Positions 10,495 through 20,155 of a stretch of DNA of 64,000 bases are shown one piece after another. Source of the DNA: Candidatus Woesearchaeota archaeon (GTDB lineage: Archaea; Nanobdellota; Nanobdellia; Woesearchaeales; JAZDKJ01); assembly GCA_043803105.1 (NCBI GenBank), contig JAZDKJ010000013.1, forward strand, positions 51,814 through 115,813, written 5' to 3'. A program made the position numbers and the translations under genes. Position 1 is the stretch's first letter. Each line of letters opens with the position of its first letter. A model generated the notes under the pieces. It was not told the DNA's origin. It saw only the letters and a list, made by a program, of their open reading frames with translations, and made no database searches.

Positions 10495-11223
10495 CTAACA
10501 GGTCTGCGACCAACCCGAAAGATTGGAGACAAGACCATAGAGCAGGCCCTTCTTGGCCAATTGAGGAAAGATGTCACGTTCAAGAGAACCAACCTTTTGC
10601 AGGTGCTGAAAAATGGCAGGTTCAAAAAGGTAGATGGCTGCATTAATCAAACCGGTCTTGGTCTTACCCTTATACTCAAAGGAAATAACCCTGTCACATT
10701 CAAAGACAATGTTGTCTGTGGACTTGTCAAGGTCAACTGAGGTCAGGCACATGGTAGCGGTGCTGCATTTCTCCCTATGAAAGGAGAGCATCTTTGAGAG
10801 GTCAAAGTCAAACCTAATATCACCGGATACCACAAGAAATGTGGTTGTAAAATCTTTTTCCAGAGACTTTATCGCACCTGCATTGCCCAAGAGTTTCTCC
10901 TCATTAAGGTAGCTTAACCTGATGCCACGATAAGAAGAGCCAAGCATTGCAAAGACATCACTATTATGCGTTGCTGCGGCAATGACAACCTCATGGACTG
11001 ACTGCTCGAGAAGCTTGTCAAGGTAGTGCCTGAGCACCTTCTCGTCAATCAATGTAGCCTTTCCCAAGAGAATCACTGCTTTAGAAATGGAGCCCTTGGC
11101 GAAGTATTCACGCAAAACCTTTTCGAACGCCTGACTCCTGTTCCTCACGAGAGAGGAGTCAACGAGACCATCAGCAAGCTTGAGCAGGTTGCTGCTGATC
11201 GAGATTGAAATCTTATCCTGCAT
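10495..11223 (-). CDS. Ribbon-helix-helix / degenerate nucleotidyltransferase fusion (paralog of 1..602)
   Basis: MQDKISISISSNLLKLADGLVDSSLVRNRSQAFEKVLREYF (RHH), then EEKLLGNAGAI, FLVVSGD, INAAIYLFEP, SLERDIFPQLA. The GGxGxRL..PK signature is absent. Confidence 0.85.
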   Translation of the reverse strand: MQDKISISISSNLLKLADGLVDSSLVRNRSQAFEKVLREYFAKGSISKAVILLGKATLIDEKVLRHYLDKLLEQSVHEVVIAAATHNSDVFAMLGSSYRGIRLSYLNEEKLLGNAGAIKSLEKDFTTTFLVVSGDIRFDFDLSKMLSFHREKCSTATMCLTSVDLDKSTDNIVFECDRVISFEYKGKTKTGLINAAIYLFEPAIFQHLQKVGSLERDIFPQLAKKGLLYGLVSNLSGWSQTC

Positions 11224-12148
11224 TTTTCATCCACTTCAAAGTCTCGTAAGTATTGGGAGAGTTTGAGTAATCATCCTCAAATACCTCTGCAAGCACTCCA
11301 AGATTAGCTGGGGCACGCGAAACAATAGACTTGAAAAGCTTGGAAAGAAAGCTCTTGCTCCTTTCCCCCTTGCCAGGAGCATAGCCATGCGACAGGCCCT
11401 TGAAGTCACTGAAATGAACGAAAGCAAGATCCTTCTTTAGACTAAGATAAGAGAAATCTTTATTCTTTTTCAACCCCTGGATTTCATCAAAGTCCTCTGC
11501 ATAAAACCCTTCAGGTAGTTCGGAGACTGTTCTTATGCCTGAGATTGCCTTGCAGAATATCCCAGAATGGCATGTATCAAAAGTAAAACCCAAAGAAGGA
11601 ACAGAGGAAAGGAAAAAATCTAAGTCAGAGGGAAGAGCACCAATATAGGATGAATGCAGGTTGTGGGGAGAAAGGCCGGGCATATTCTCAAAGGTGACCT
11701 TGGTGTCAAACGATGCTTTTCTTAAAATAGAAGCCATCCTTGACATTATTCTTTGCTTCTTCTTGTAAGTCATATGAAGCTTTAACCAATCCTTGGTGTA
11801 AGGATGGCTCAAATGCGAATTAACAAGCTCCAGCTCAATCGGAAAATGATTGGCAATCAATTGCAGGTTCTTAATCACCTTATTATTGAATTCGAGACTG
11901 CATCTTGTTAATGGAAGGTAAGGAGCATGAAATGCGTATAAAACCTTATCAAATAAAGGCTCGACTATGTCCTTGAATTCAAGAGCCCTTTTAGCCAATA
12001 GTGGAAATTGCTTCAACTCCGTATCATTGATGGCCATGAACTGAATTCCAATCTTCCTAAAGCCAAGGGACCTCACCTGCTTAGCCAGATTTGCCCTCCA
12101 GTCTACCTCATCTTTGACAAATAAATAAACAGGAAAATAAGGAATCAT
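11213..12148 (-). CDS. Sugar-phosphate isomerase/epimerase-like TIM barrel (AP endonuclease 2 / xylose isomerase superfamily)
   Basis: Metal-ligand pattern FHAP, FENMP, FDTCH, VHFSD..HG..PGKG, AEV. Confidence 0.65.
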   Translation of the reverse strand: MIPYFPVYLFVKDEVDWRANLAKQVRSLGFRKIGIQFMAINDTELKQFPLLAKRALEFKDIVEPLFDKVLYAFHAPYLPLTRCSLEFNNKVIKNLQLIANHFPIELELVNSHLSHPYTKDWLKLHMTYKKKQRIMSRMASILRKASFDTKVTFENMPGLSPHNLHSSYIGALPSDLDFFLSSVPSLGFTFDTCHSGIFCKAISGIRTVSELPEGFYAEDFDEIQGLKKNKDFSYLSLKKDLAFVHFSDFKGLSHGYAPGKGERSKSFLSKLFKSIVSRAPANLGVLAEVFEDDYSNSPNTYETLKWMKNAG

Positions 12149-13134
12149 TTTGGATGAGCCTCATACCAATCAAAGGTGAGCTTTAGGCCCTGTTCAATAC
12201 CGGTCTTTGGAATCCAGCCCACAAGCTGCTTTATCTTTGAGATGTCTGCCAACCTTCGCTTCACACTACCTGTGAGGCCTTGCTTGACATCAATTTTTTT
12301 CGGGGTCCAGCCAGTAAGCTGAAACATCTTTTTTGCAAGGTCAAGCATTGTTATCTCATCAGTGTTGCCAATGTGAACAGTCTCAATTGGCTGAGAATCA
12401 GTCTTTTTGGAATCCATGAGCATCTGCATGGCCTCGACCGCATCGTCAATGTAGCAAAAAGTCCTCGTTTCATCAGAACCATAAACTGCAAATGGATCAC
12501 CTTTTTGTATTATCCTCAAACAGAATTCCGGGATCACATGGTCGTAGCCTGCACGTGGGCCATAAAAATTGTGAGGCCTCACAATAACAGCGGGGAAGTT
12601 GAAAGCCTTTGCATAGTGGATAACAAAGAGCTCTCCCACAAGCTTTGTTGATGCATAGCTCCAGCGCGCATTATATGGGTCGCTAATCACAAGGGGAACC
12701 TTCTCTGGAGTGGGGATGGGCAATTTACCGAAGGACTCAAGGGCACTTGCATATGCCTCATTAGATGAGGTGAAACAAAGCTTTGGCTTGACCATAAGTG
12801 ACTTAATCCACTCAAGGATATACACAAGAGTAAGTGTGTTTATGCGCAGAACCTCCTCAGGTATCTTGTAGAACAGCTTTGTGCCGTTTATTGCAGCAAG
12901 GTGATAAACATGCAAAAAGTCCTTATCAAGGGTTTCGTAGAAGGCCTGTTTGGTCAAGTCAGCCTCCATAAATTTCACCCTATCATTTTCAAGCAAGCCC
13001 CTGAAGTCATCATCCATCCTACCGCGCTGCAGATTGTCGACAATCACCAAATGATTATGTTTGTCCTTGAGCAGGTGAACTGCAAGATGGTAACCAATAA
13101 ATCCAGCACCGCCGGTAATCAGTATCTTCCTCAT
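12145..13134 (-). CDS. NAD-dependent nucleotide-sugar epimerase/dehydratase (extended SDR)
   Basis: TGGAGFIG, HLAAINGT, SSNEAY, YASTK, RPHNFYGPR. Confidence 0.9.
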   Translation of the reverse strand: MRKILITGGAGFIGYHLAVHLLKDKHNHLVIVDNLQRGRMDDDFRGLLENDRVKFMEADLTKQAFYETLDKDFLHVYHLAAINGTKLFYKIPEEVLRINTLTLVYILEWIKSLMVKPKLCFTSSNEAYASALESFGKLPIPTPEKVPLVISDPYNARWSYASTKLVGELFVIHYAKAFNFPAVIVRPHNFYGPRAGYDHVIPEFCLRIIQKGDPFAVYGSDETRTFCYIDDAVEAMQMLMDSKKTDSQPIETVHIGNTDEITMLDLAKKMFQLTGWTPKKIDVKQGLTGSVKRRLADISKIKQLVGWIPKTGIEQGLKLTFDWYEAHPK

Positions 13135-14462
13135 TATCCCACCCCAATCCTGAAAAAATCAACATCCTTAGCATCCTTAACTTTGTCATAGCCAATCACA
13201 TTTCTCCAGGCATCTATAATCAGGCAGGGCTTATTGACGGAGGCGACGAGCTCTACAGCATCAACATTCATGATTCGGGGATGATTTGTCAGAAACATAA
13301 CAACATTAGCATCCTTGACACAATCAGAAACTGAATCTTCACTCTTTATAGAGCCAATATTCTTGACCAATGGATCGAAATGGCGGAACTGTACATCAGA
13401 GACTTTCTTTAAAAGCTGCTCAGCGATTTTCACTGCAGGAGAACCACGAACATCATCTGTTTCTGGAAATCCCTTAAAGGCCAGTCCAACCAAAGAAACC
13501 TTTGGATTCTTCAAGCTGTGTTTCCTTATAAAATCCTCTGCAATGGAGGCAAGCCTTAGGGTGGACTCGCGATTGGTGGAAATGCAACCATTGGCGATCT
13601 GAGGCATTAGATTATATTTATGGGCAGTGTACCTAAAGATCATTGGATCCTTTGAAAGGCAGGGGCCATCAGCACCAAGCCCTGGCCTGAAAAGATTTGT
13701 CCGGGCGTAAGCATCATTCACCGATGAAACAACCTCGTGGGCGTTAATACCAATCTTTTCACAGAGCATTCCAACTTCGTTTGCAAATGCAATGTTTGTT
13801 GCCCTATAGAAATTATCAACCAGCTTACACATTTCGGCAACCCTTGGTGAAGACACGATGACAACTTTGCTACCTAACTTCATAATAAATTCTGCAGCCA
13901 TGCGGGCACTCTTGGCATCAACCCCGCCGACAATCTTGGGCAAGTTATACAGCTCATGCAAGGCTAAGCCTTCGATTGTGCGTTCAGGACAGAAAGCGAG
14001 GAAAAAATCCTCGCCAGCCTTAAGGGCAGAGAGCTTTTCAAGCCTTGGCAGGACATATTCTTCAGTCGTGCCCAGGATCACTGTTGATTTCAAGACAACA
14101 ACATGGCCTTTTTTCAAGTGCGGACCAATGGAGGCTATGGCTGAATCAATGTAACGATAATCGGGCTCGTCGTTTTCCTTTAAGGGCGTGCCGACAGTAA
14201 TAAAGACAGCCTCACATTTGGAGAGTGCGTACGAATAGTCTGTTGTGAACTCGATGCAATCCCTGCATTTTGCCAGAATATCGTTGACGCCTGGCTCATA
14301 AATGTCAGTAGCATAATCCCTGGAAAGTGAGGCCACCTTACGAGGGTCAATATCAACACCTATAACCCTGAAGCCTACGTTAGCAAGGGCGGCAGTAAAT
14401 GGGATACCTATATAACCCAGACCAACCACAGCAACTGTCTTCTTTTTGTTATCCAAAGTCAT
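13134..14462 (-). CDS. Nucleotide-sugar dehydrogenase (WecC/WbpA-like)
   Basis: GLGYIG, ITVGTP, LKSTVILGTT, CPERT, KLVDNFYR, GPCLSKDP, AFKG..DDVRGSP. Start placed downstream of the TATA at 14498-14505. Confidence 0.9.
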   Translation of the reverse strand: MTLDNKKKTVAVVGLGYIGIPFTAALANVGFRVIGVDIDPRKVASLSRDYATDIYEPGVNDILAKCRDCIEFTTDYSYALSKCEAVFITVGTPLKENDEPDYRYIDSAIASIGPHLKKGHVVVLKSTVILGTTEEYVLPRLEKLSALKAGEDFFLAFCPERTIEGLALHELYNLPKIVGGVDAKSARMAAEFIMKLGSKVVIVSSPRVAEMCKLVDNFYRATNIAFANEVGMLCEKIGINAHEVVSSVNDAYARTNLFRPGLGADGPCLSKDPMIFRYTAHKYNLMPQIANGCISTNRESTLRLASIAEDFIRKHSLKNPKVSLVGLAFKGFPETDDVRGSPAVKIAEQLLKKVSDVQFRHFDPLVKNIGSIKSEDSVSDCVKDANVVMFLTNHPRIMNVDAVELVASVNKPCLIIDAWRNVIGYDKVKDAKDVDFFRIGVG

Positions 14463-14465
14463 CAC

Positions 14466-14494
14466 TTTCCTACTTTTTCTTACCAAGTAAGAAA
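14466..14494 (-). promoter_or_regulatory. GTARGAAA repeats (two direct, one inverted) over the predicted transcription start (candidate RHH operator)
   Basis: Plus strand reads TTTCCTAC (14466), TTTCTTAC (14476), caa, GTAAGAAA (14487). Lies between the TATA (14498-14505) and ATG 14462. Confidence 0.6.
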
Positions 14495-14569
14495 TAGTAT
14501 TTAAATCCTTCGGTTTTTGCAATTGTCTCATTTGCAAACTTTTTTATAGGCGTGGACAAACCCAAAAAG

Positions 14570-15667
14570 ATGAACATACCAGTAGCTAACGTGACAGTGG
14601 GTTCGGAAGAGGCGAAAGCTGTCAGTGATGTAGTAAATTCTGGATGGCTATCTATGGGTAAGATAGTCAAAGAATTCGAGGAATCCTTCTCAAAAAAAGT
14701 TAAGGCAAGGCATTCAATTGCTGTAAACAACGGAACAGCAGCACTTCACGTTGCACTCGCTGCTTTGGGGATAAAGGCCGGAGACGAGGTAATAATACCT
14801 TCACTCACCTTCATCTCAACGGCAAACGCGGTATTGTATCAAAACGCAAAGCCGGTATTAGTAGAGTGCGACCCAGAAACGTATAATATCACAGCAGAAA
14901 TCATCGAGAGTGCGATAACAAAAAAAACCAGGGCAATAATCCCGGTAGACATGAATGGAATGCCGTGCGACTATGACCAAATCATAGAAGTGGCAGAAAG
15001 GCATGGCATACCTTTGGTGTGGGACAGCGCAGAAAGCCTGGGCGCAATGTACAAAAACAGGGATGTTGGCTCTATAGCAGACATACACATTTTCAGCTTT
15101 TTCCCGAACAAGAATGTCACAACAGGAGAGGGTGGAATGATTTGTACAAGGGATGACAAACTCAACGAAAAAATTAGGGTGCTAAGAAATCAAGGGCAGG
15201 ACTACAGGTATCACCACATAGAAATCGGGTTCAACTACAGGATGACTGAAGTTGCTGCAGCTATAGGAATAGAGCAGTTAAAAAAACTGGACAAAACAGT
15301 GGAAGACAAGCAAAGGATTGCTGAAATTTATAACAAGGCCTTTGCCAAAACAAGGCTGGTACATGCCCCTTTTGTGCCTGATTACGTTAGCGCACATTCA
15401 TGGTATATGTACGCAATCAAGGTTGACAAAGACAGGGATGCGATTGTTGAAAAGCTAAAGCAAAAGGGAATAGACACAAGGCTTTCATTCCCGCCAATAC
15501 ACAGCCAGCTTATCTACATGAAAAAATATGGATTCAGAGAAGATAGCTTGCCTGTAACTTGGAGGGCCTGGAAACAGCTGATAGACATCCCAATCTGGCC
15601 GGGCCTGGATGCACAAAAACAAAAATACATTATCGAAACACTTCTTGAACAATGCGAAGAAAAATAG
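14570..15667 (+). CDS. DegT/DnrJ/EryC1/StrS PLP-dependent nucleotide-sugar aminotransferase
   Basis: NNGTAALH, GDEVIIPSLTFISTAN, DSAESLG, FSFFPNKNVTTGEGG, GFNYRM. Confidence 0.93.
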   Translation: MNIPVANVTVGSEEAKAVSDVVNSGWLSMGKIVKEFEESFSKKVKARHSIAVNNGTAALHVALAALGIKAGDEVIIPSLTFISTANAVLYQNAKPVLVECDPETYNITAEIIESAITKKTRAIIPVDMNGMPCDYDQIIEVAERHGIPLVWDSAESLGAMYKNRDVGSIADIHIFSFFPNKNVTTGEGGMICTRDDKLNEKIRVLRNQGQDYRYHHIEIGFNYRMTEVAAAIGIEQLKKLDKTVEDKQRIAEIYNKAFAKTRLVHAPFVPDYVSAHSWYMYAIKVDKDRDAIVEKLKQKGIDTRLSFPPIHSQLIYMKKYGFREDSLPVTWRAWKQLIDIPIWPGLDAQKQKYIIETLLEQCEEK

Positions 15668-16791
15668 CAGTAATAGGACCTGTTTATCCATTGCGCGGAG
15701 GCATTGCGCACTCGAATACACTATTGTGCGAGAACCTAAGCAATGGGCATGATTTGTATGCAGTATCATTCAAGAGGCTGTATCCAGAGTTCTTGTATCC
15801 TGGGAAGAGCCAGAAATATGAATCAAAGAGGCAACTGGGCTTTGAACCAGACTTTTGCATAGACTCATTAAACCCATTCAACTGGATAAAAACGTTCAAT
15901 CGGATCAGAAAATTCAAGCCACAACTGGTAATATTGCAGTGGTGGACACCATTCTTTGCACCATTATCATACACTATACTTGTGTTGACAAGATGGTTCA
16001 CAAACGCGAAGAGCTGCATCATCTGCGCAAACGTAACACAACACGAAGACAAATTAGTGGACAAAATGCTCACAATGATAGTGTTTAGGCGGGCTGACTA
16101 CTTTATAACGTTAGCAGATGGCGACTTGAAGAAACTTAAAAAATGGTATCCTAAAGCAAAGGCAAGGGTGCTAATCGAACCAACCTTTGACTCAATATTC
16201 AACTTAGGGGCAGTCAGCAAGGAGGCTGCGCAAAAAAAGCTGAAACTTGCAAAGAGAACAATACTCTTCTTCGGGTTTGTAAGAGAATACAAGGGACTGG
16301 ATTATCTGCTTGAAGCAATGCCACTAATAAACACAGAGCTGGACGTTGACCTGGTCATCGCTGGCGAGTTCTGGAATGACAAGCAAAAGTATCTTGATAA
16401 GATAAGCACACTGAAAATCAAGGACAAAGTGAAGATTTTTGACAACTATATCCCAGATGAGGAAGTGGGATTATATTTTAGCGCTGCAGACATGGTCATA
16501 TTACCTTACCTGGATGCATCGCAATCAGGCATAATGCAAATAGCGATAGGCGCGCTAAAACCTACTGTCACGACAAACGTGGGCGCGATAGATGACTTTG
16601 TGGACCATGGGAAGACCGGATATGTAATCCCTCCGAAAGACCCTCAGGCAATTGCAAAAGCAGTGCTAAGGTTCTACAAAGAAAAGAAAGAGAAAAAATT
16701 TGAGCAGAACATACGACAAAAAAAGAAAATGTTCGAGTGGAGCAAGAAAAAGGAGTCGATACTGTTTTTTGGGCTAAATGGCAAGAATTAA
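15652..16791 (+). CDS. Glycosyltransferase family 4
   Basis: PLRGGIA, FFGFVREYKG, LPYLDASQSG, TNVGA. Confidence 0.9.
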   Translation: MRRKIAVIGPVYPLRGGIAHSNTLLCENLSNGHDLYAVSFKRLYPEFLYPGKSQKYESKRQLGFEPDFCIDSLNPFNWIKTFNRIRKFKPQLVILQWWTPFFAPLSYTILVLTRWFTNAKSCIICANVTQHEDKLVDKMLTMIVFRRADYFITLADGDLKKLKKWYPKAKARVLIEPTFDSIFNLGAVSKEAAQKKLKLAKRTILFFGFVREYKGLDYLLEAMPLINTELDVDLVIAGEFWNDKQKYLDKISTLKIKDKVKIFDNYIPDEEVGLYFSAADMVILPYLDASQSGIMQIAIGALKPTVTTNVGAIDDFVDHGKTGYVIPPKDPQAIAKAVLRFYKEKKEKKFEQNIRQKKKMFEWSKKKESILFFGLNGKN

Positions 16792-18109
16792 TCTAATAAA
16801 TTGTGATTGGAAAAGCTACACAGGAAAGTCAAGACTAAATGTCAATCCTTTCCAACCGCTAGAATTATGTTATCTTTCCGCAATATTGAGAAAAGAGGGT
16901 TATCAAACCAAAATAACTGACCTAAACCTTGAGCCTAGCAAGGAAATCACAGAAGCAGAATACTATATCATTACAAGCTCGCCAGCATATGTCTTCTGGA
17001 GATGCGCTCCCTTGACTGTGCAAGTGCCTTTAACAACAGCGCAGAGAATAAAAAAACTCTACCCCAAGTCAAGGACTGTTTTGATAGGGCCGCATGGAAG
17101 CGTAGATGATACACTTATCAAAAACAAACATATTGATGCCGTAATCAGGGGAGAACCAGAGTTCATCTGTTCAAAGGTGCTTAAAAAAATGGGAGCTGGC
17201 AAGATAATTTCTGAAATCGGGATAGTGGAAAGGCTTGACGAGCTTCCTTTCCCGGACTATGATAAGAAGACGATGCACAAATACTCTGCCTTTAATTTCC
17301 CTGGAAAAGGAAGGCCACGAATGCCGGTGCTGTACGAAACATCAAGGGGCTGCCCTTACAATTGCACATACTGCTTCAAAACAAAATTTCGCAACAAGTA
17401 CAGGAGAAAATCTGCGAACAAAATCGTAAAGGAACTGGCACGGCTACAAAATGAGTACGGAGTTGACTACGTATTTTTCATCGACGAGAATGCAACAGCC
17501 AATATTAAGGAAGCAAAGGCACTGATGAGGCAAATCATTGACAGAAAGCTGAAGATAAAATGGTCTTGCGAAACGGGGCTAATGTACGTGGACAAGGAAC
17601 TCCTCAAGTTAATGCAAAAGGCAGGATGCACCGGGATAGAGTATGGTGTTGAATCAGGGTCAGAGATAATACTTAAGAATCTAAACAAGCCGCAGAACCT
17701 GGACATCGCAGCAAGAAACATACAATTGACTATAGAAGCTGGAATCAAGCCATGGCTTTTTTTCATTGTGGGAAGCCCTGGCGAGAACTTTTCGACCATA
17801 ATGGAGAGCGTGAGATTCTTAAGAAGGATAGACCTAAGCAAGGTGCGCTTCTCAGCAGATGTGCCATACCCATACCCAACAACCAAATTGTATGAAACAG
17901 CAGTCCTGGAAGGAAAGGCAAGCAGTAACAAGATAGACTGGGAATCAATGCTTGAAATAGCAGGAACTGTCGGCAATAAGCTAAGCAAGGCAAGGGTCAG
18001 AATGTACAAGGTGCTTTTCCTAGCTTTCCTTGCTGCCAGCACACCAGGGTGGTCAATACCTTATGTATTAAGGAGCCCAATCAAGATAGCCAAGAGAGTG
18101 TTTGGCTAA
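16778..18109 (+). CDS. B12-binding radical SAM protein
   Basis: PLELCYLSAIL, GPHG, GEPE, SRGCPYNCTYC, GVESGS, PYPTT. Confidence 0.88.
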   Translation: MARINLINCDWKSYTGKSRLNVNPFQPLELCYLSAILRKEGYQTKITDLNLEPSKEITEAEYYIITSSPAYVFWRCAPLTVQVPLTTAQRIKKLYPKSRTVLIGPHGSVDDTLIKNKHIDAVIRGEPEFICSKVLKKMGAGKIISEIGIVERLDELPFPDYDKKTMHKYSAFNFPGKGRPRMPVLYETSRGCPYNCTYCFKTKFRNKYRRKSANKIVKELARLQNEYGVDYVFFIDENATANIKEAKALMRQIIDRKLKIKWSCETGLMYVDKELLKLMQKAGCTGIEYGVESGSEIILKNLNKPQNLDIAARNIQLTIEAGIKPWLFFIVGSPGENFSTIMESVRFLRRIDLSKVRFSADVPYPYPTTKLYETAVLEGKASSNKIDWESMLEIAGTVGNKLSKARVRMYKVLFLAFLAASTPGWSIPYVLRSPIKIAKRVFG

Positions 18110-18142
18110 GGCTTAAATAACCCGACAAATACTCTCGAGCAC

Positions 18143-19141
18143 ATGAAAATATCCAATTACACAAACAGCCTTAAATCAATGGCATTAGCTAGGCTCGGTA
18201 AAAAGACTCCAATAAAGGTCATACACTACATAACCAGCAGCTGCAACCTGCACTGCGGATTCTGCCTTGCTGAAGAGCTTAAGCGCGAACACGACCTTAC
18301 CACTATAGAAATAAAGAGATGCATGAATGAGTTCAAGGCTGCAGGCACACAGGTGTGGGACTTTGAGGGGGGAGAACCTCTGCTAAGACGGGACATCGAT
18401 GAGATAATCGAGCATGCCTGCAAGTTGGGATTTGTAGTCACGATCACAACAAATGGAATCCTGGTGGATAAACACATAAAGGCACTCAGAAAAGCAGACT
18501 TCATTAACATAAGCGTAGACGGACCAAGAGAAATACACAACAAGATAAGGGGTGCAAACTGCTTTGACACCATCATCAAGAACATTGATGAACTGGTCAA
18601 TAATGGAATCAGGCCGACAATAAACATGGTGGTGTGCAAGGAAAACCTAAGGGAGATGGACTACATGGTCAAACTCGCGATAGAGCACAAATGCAAAATA
18701 GACTTCTCGCTAGTTGTGGCAAACCTAGAGCACATAGAACCTTACACACTGACAAAGGAAGAAGTTGAAAAAGCTGTACGAAAGATCCTTGAATTAAAGG
18801 CTAAGCATCCAAAGACAGTCAACTGTTCTCCGTCTTATCTAAGAAGGATTGTGAAGTATTATAACAGGGAAATAAAGAGATTCATCCCAAAATGCCTTGC
18901 AGGAACAGCGTTCTGCTCAATCTCGCCATCAGGCGAGGTCGCGCTGTGCGTCGAGAGGCTCAAGGAAAGCATAAACGGAAGAAAAATTGGCTACAACAAG
19001 GCATTCCAGAAACTCAAGAATCCTGGATGCGACTGCACATGGAGATGCTTCTATAACTTAAGCCAAATGTACTCGCTAAAGCCTTTAACCCTGGTCAGGG
19101 TTGGCTACAACACCTTAAGGGGAAGATGGGTGCACAGCTAA
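18143..19141 (+). CDS. Radical SAM protein with Cys-rich C-terminal (SPASM/twitch-like) domain
   Basis: CNLHCGFC, GGEPLL, TTNG, ISVDG; C-terminal CLAG..CSISPSGEVALC..CDCTWRC. TATA at 18112-18119. Confidence 0.88.
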   Translation: MKISNYTNSLKSMALARLGKKTPIKVIHYITSSCNLHCGFCLAEELKREHDLTTIEIKRCMNEFKAAGTQVWDFEGGEPLLRRDIDEIIEHACKLGFVVTITTNGILVDKHIKALRKADFINISVDGPREIHNKIRGANCFDTIIKNIDELVNNGIRPTINMVVCKENLREMDYMVKLAIEHKCKIDFSLVVANLEHIEPYTLTKEEVEKAVRKILELKAKHPKTVNCSPSYLRRIVKYYNREIKRFIPKCLAGTAFCSISPSGEVALCVERLKESINGRKIGYNKAFQKLKNPGCDCTWRCFYNLSQMYSLKPLTLVRVGYNTLRGRWVHS

Positions 19142-20023
19142 TCATTTATGCTGCATATCAGCAAGAAAGGCAAAAAGCCAGATAAAAATCCCAATAGTAA
19201 CAAAAAGCACTGTCAGCATCATGGTCGGCAGATGACTAACCAAACCGGTCGTAAAATAAAAATAGGCAAGCCTAAGCATGCCCAACAATGCCACAACGAG
19301 AAAGCCTGCGCCAAAGAGTCCAAAAAACTTCAAGGGCTCGTAATCACGATAAATCCTGAAGATATTAATCCAGGCCTTTATGGCATACTCGAACGGGCTT
19401 CTCATAAGCCTGCTCTTATCCTTCCTCTTGGCAAAGTAAACAGGAACCTCCTTGACCTTGAACTTATGCCTCACTGAGCGGATAATCTGCTCTTGAGTAT
19501 AGGTATGGTCTGAAATGAGCCGAATGTTTTCTGCAACAGCAATTTTAAAGGCACGAAAGCCTGTCTGTGCGTCAGTGATTTTGAGACCTGCAATGTTAGA
19601 GATAACCTTTGAGAAGGCAATATTTCCAAGCCGCTTCACCAAAGGCATACTCTCAATCTTTCCAAGAAAACGCGAGCCCAGAACAAGGTCATAACCGTGC
19701 TCAATCTCTTTAACGAGCTTAGGAATCTCCTGCGGTCTGTACTGGCCGTCAGCATCAATGTGAACAATGACATCAGCATGCATCTCAATACATGTCTTCA
19801 CCTCAGTCCTGAAGGACTCAGCAAGGCCATAATTCTTGGGATGGCTCACGACTATGGCTCCTGCAGCTTTTGAAATCTTTGCGGTATCGTCGGTGCTGCC
19901 GTCATCAACAACAAGAATCTGAAAACTGTAAGGGGTCTTACCCAATGACTCCTTTATTTCCCTAATGACCTTGCCTATGGTCTGCTCTTCATTGAATGCT
20001 GGAATCGTTACAACAAGCTTCAT
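19142..20023 (-). CDS. GT2 polyprenol-phosphate glycosyltransferase with two C-terminal TM helices
   Basis: IPAFNEE, VDDGSTD, DADGQY, GSRF, DAQTGFRAF. Start set by the TATA at 20046-20053. Confidence 0.9.
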   Translation of the reverse strand: MKLVVTIPAFNEEQTIGKVIREIKESLGKTPYSFQILVVDDGSTDDTAKISKAAGAIVVSHPKNYGLAESFRTEVKTCIEMHADVIVHIDADGQYRPQEIPKLVKEIEHGYDLVLGSRFLGKIESMPLVKRLGNIAFSKVISNIAGLKITDAQTGFRAFKIAVAENIRLISDHTYTQEQIIRSVRHKFKVKEVPVYFAKRKDKSRLMRSPFEYAIKAWINIFRIYRDYEPLKFFGLFGAGFLVVALLGMLRLAYFYFTTGLVSHLPTMMLTVLFVTIGIFIWLFAFLADMQHK

Positions 20024-20155
20024 TGTCAAGAGAATAAAGGCAGGGCGTTTAAATAGGTTTTGCTTGCTTTTGCAAAACATAAAGGGCGAACAGGCGCGTG
20101 CAGCACTTGAAGCGATGCCTTTATAAAAGCATCAATTTTCTGTATACAAGGGAAA

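Noticed and set aside
14463-14537. N-terminal extension of the dehydrogenase ORF (likewise ORF-track starts at 20080, 24714, 26759, 31542, 37338, 48687, 53682, 55767)
   Set aside because: The extensions run through TATA boxes or neighbouring genes; downstream starts fit promoter spacing, SD sites or stop-start overlaps.
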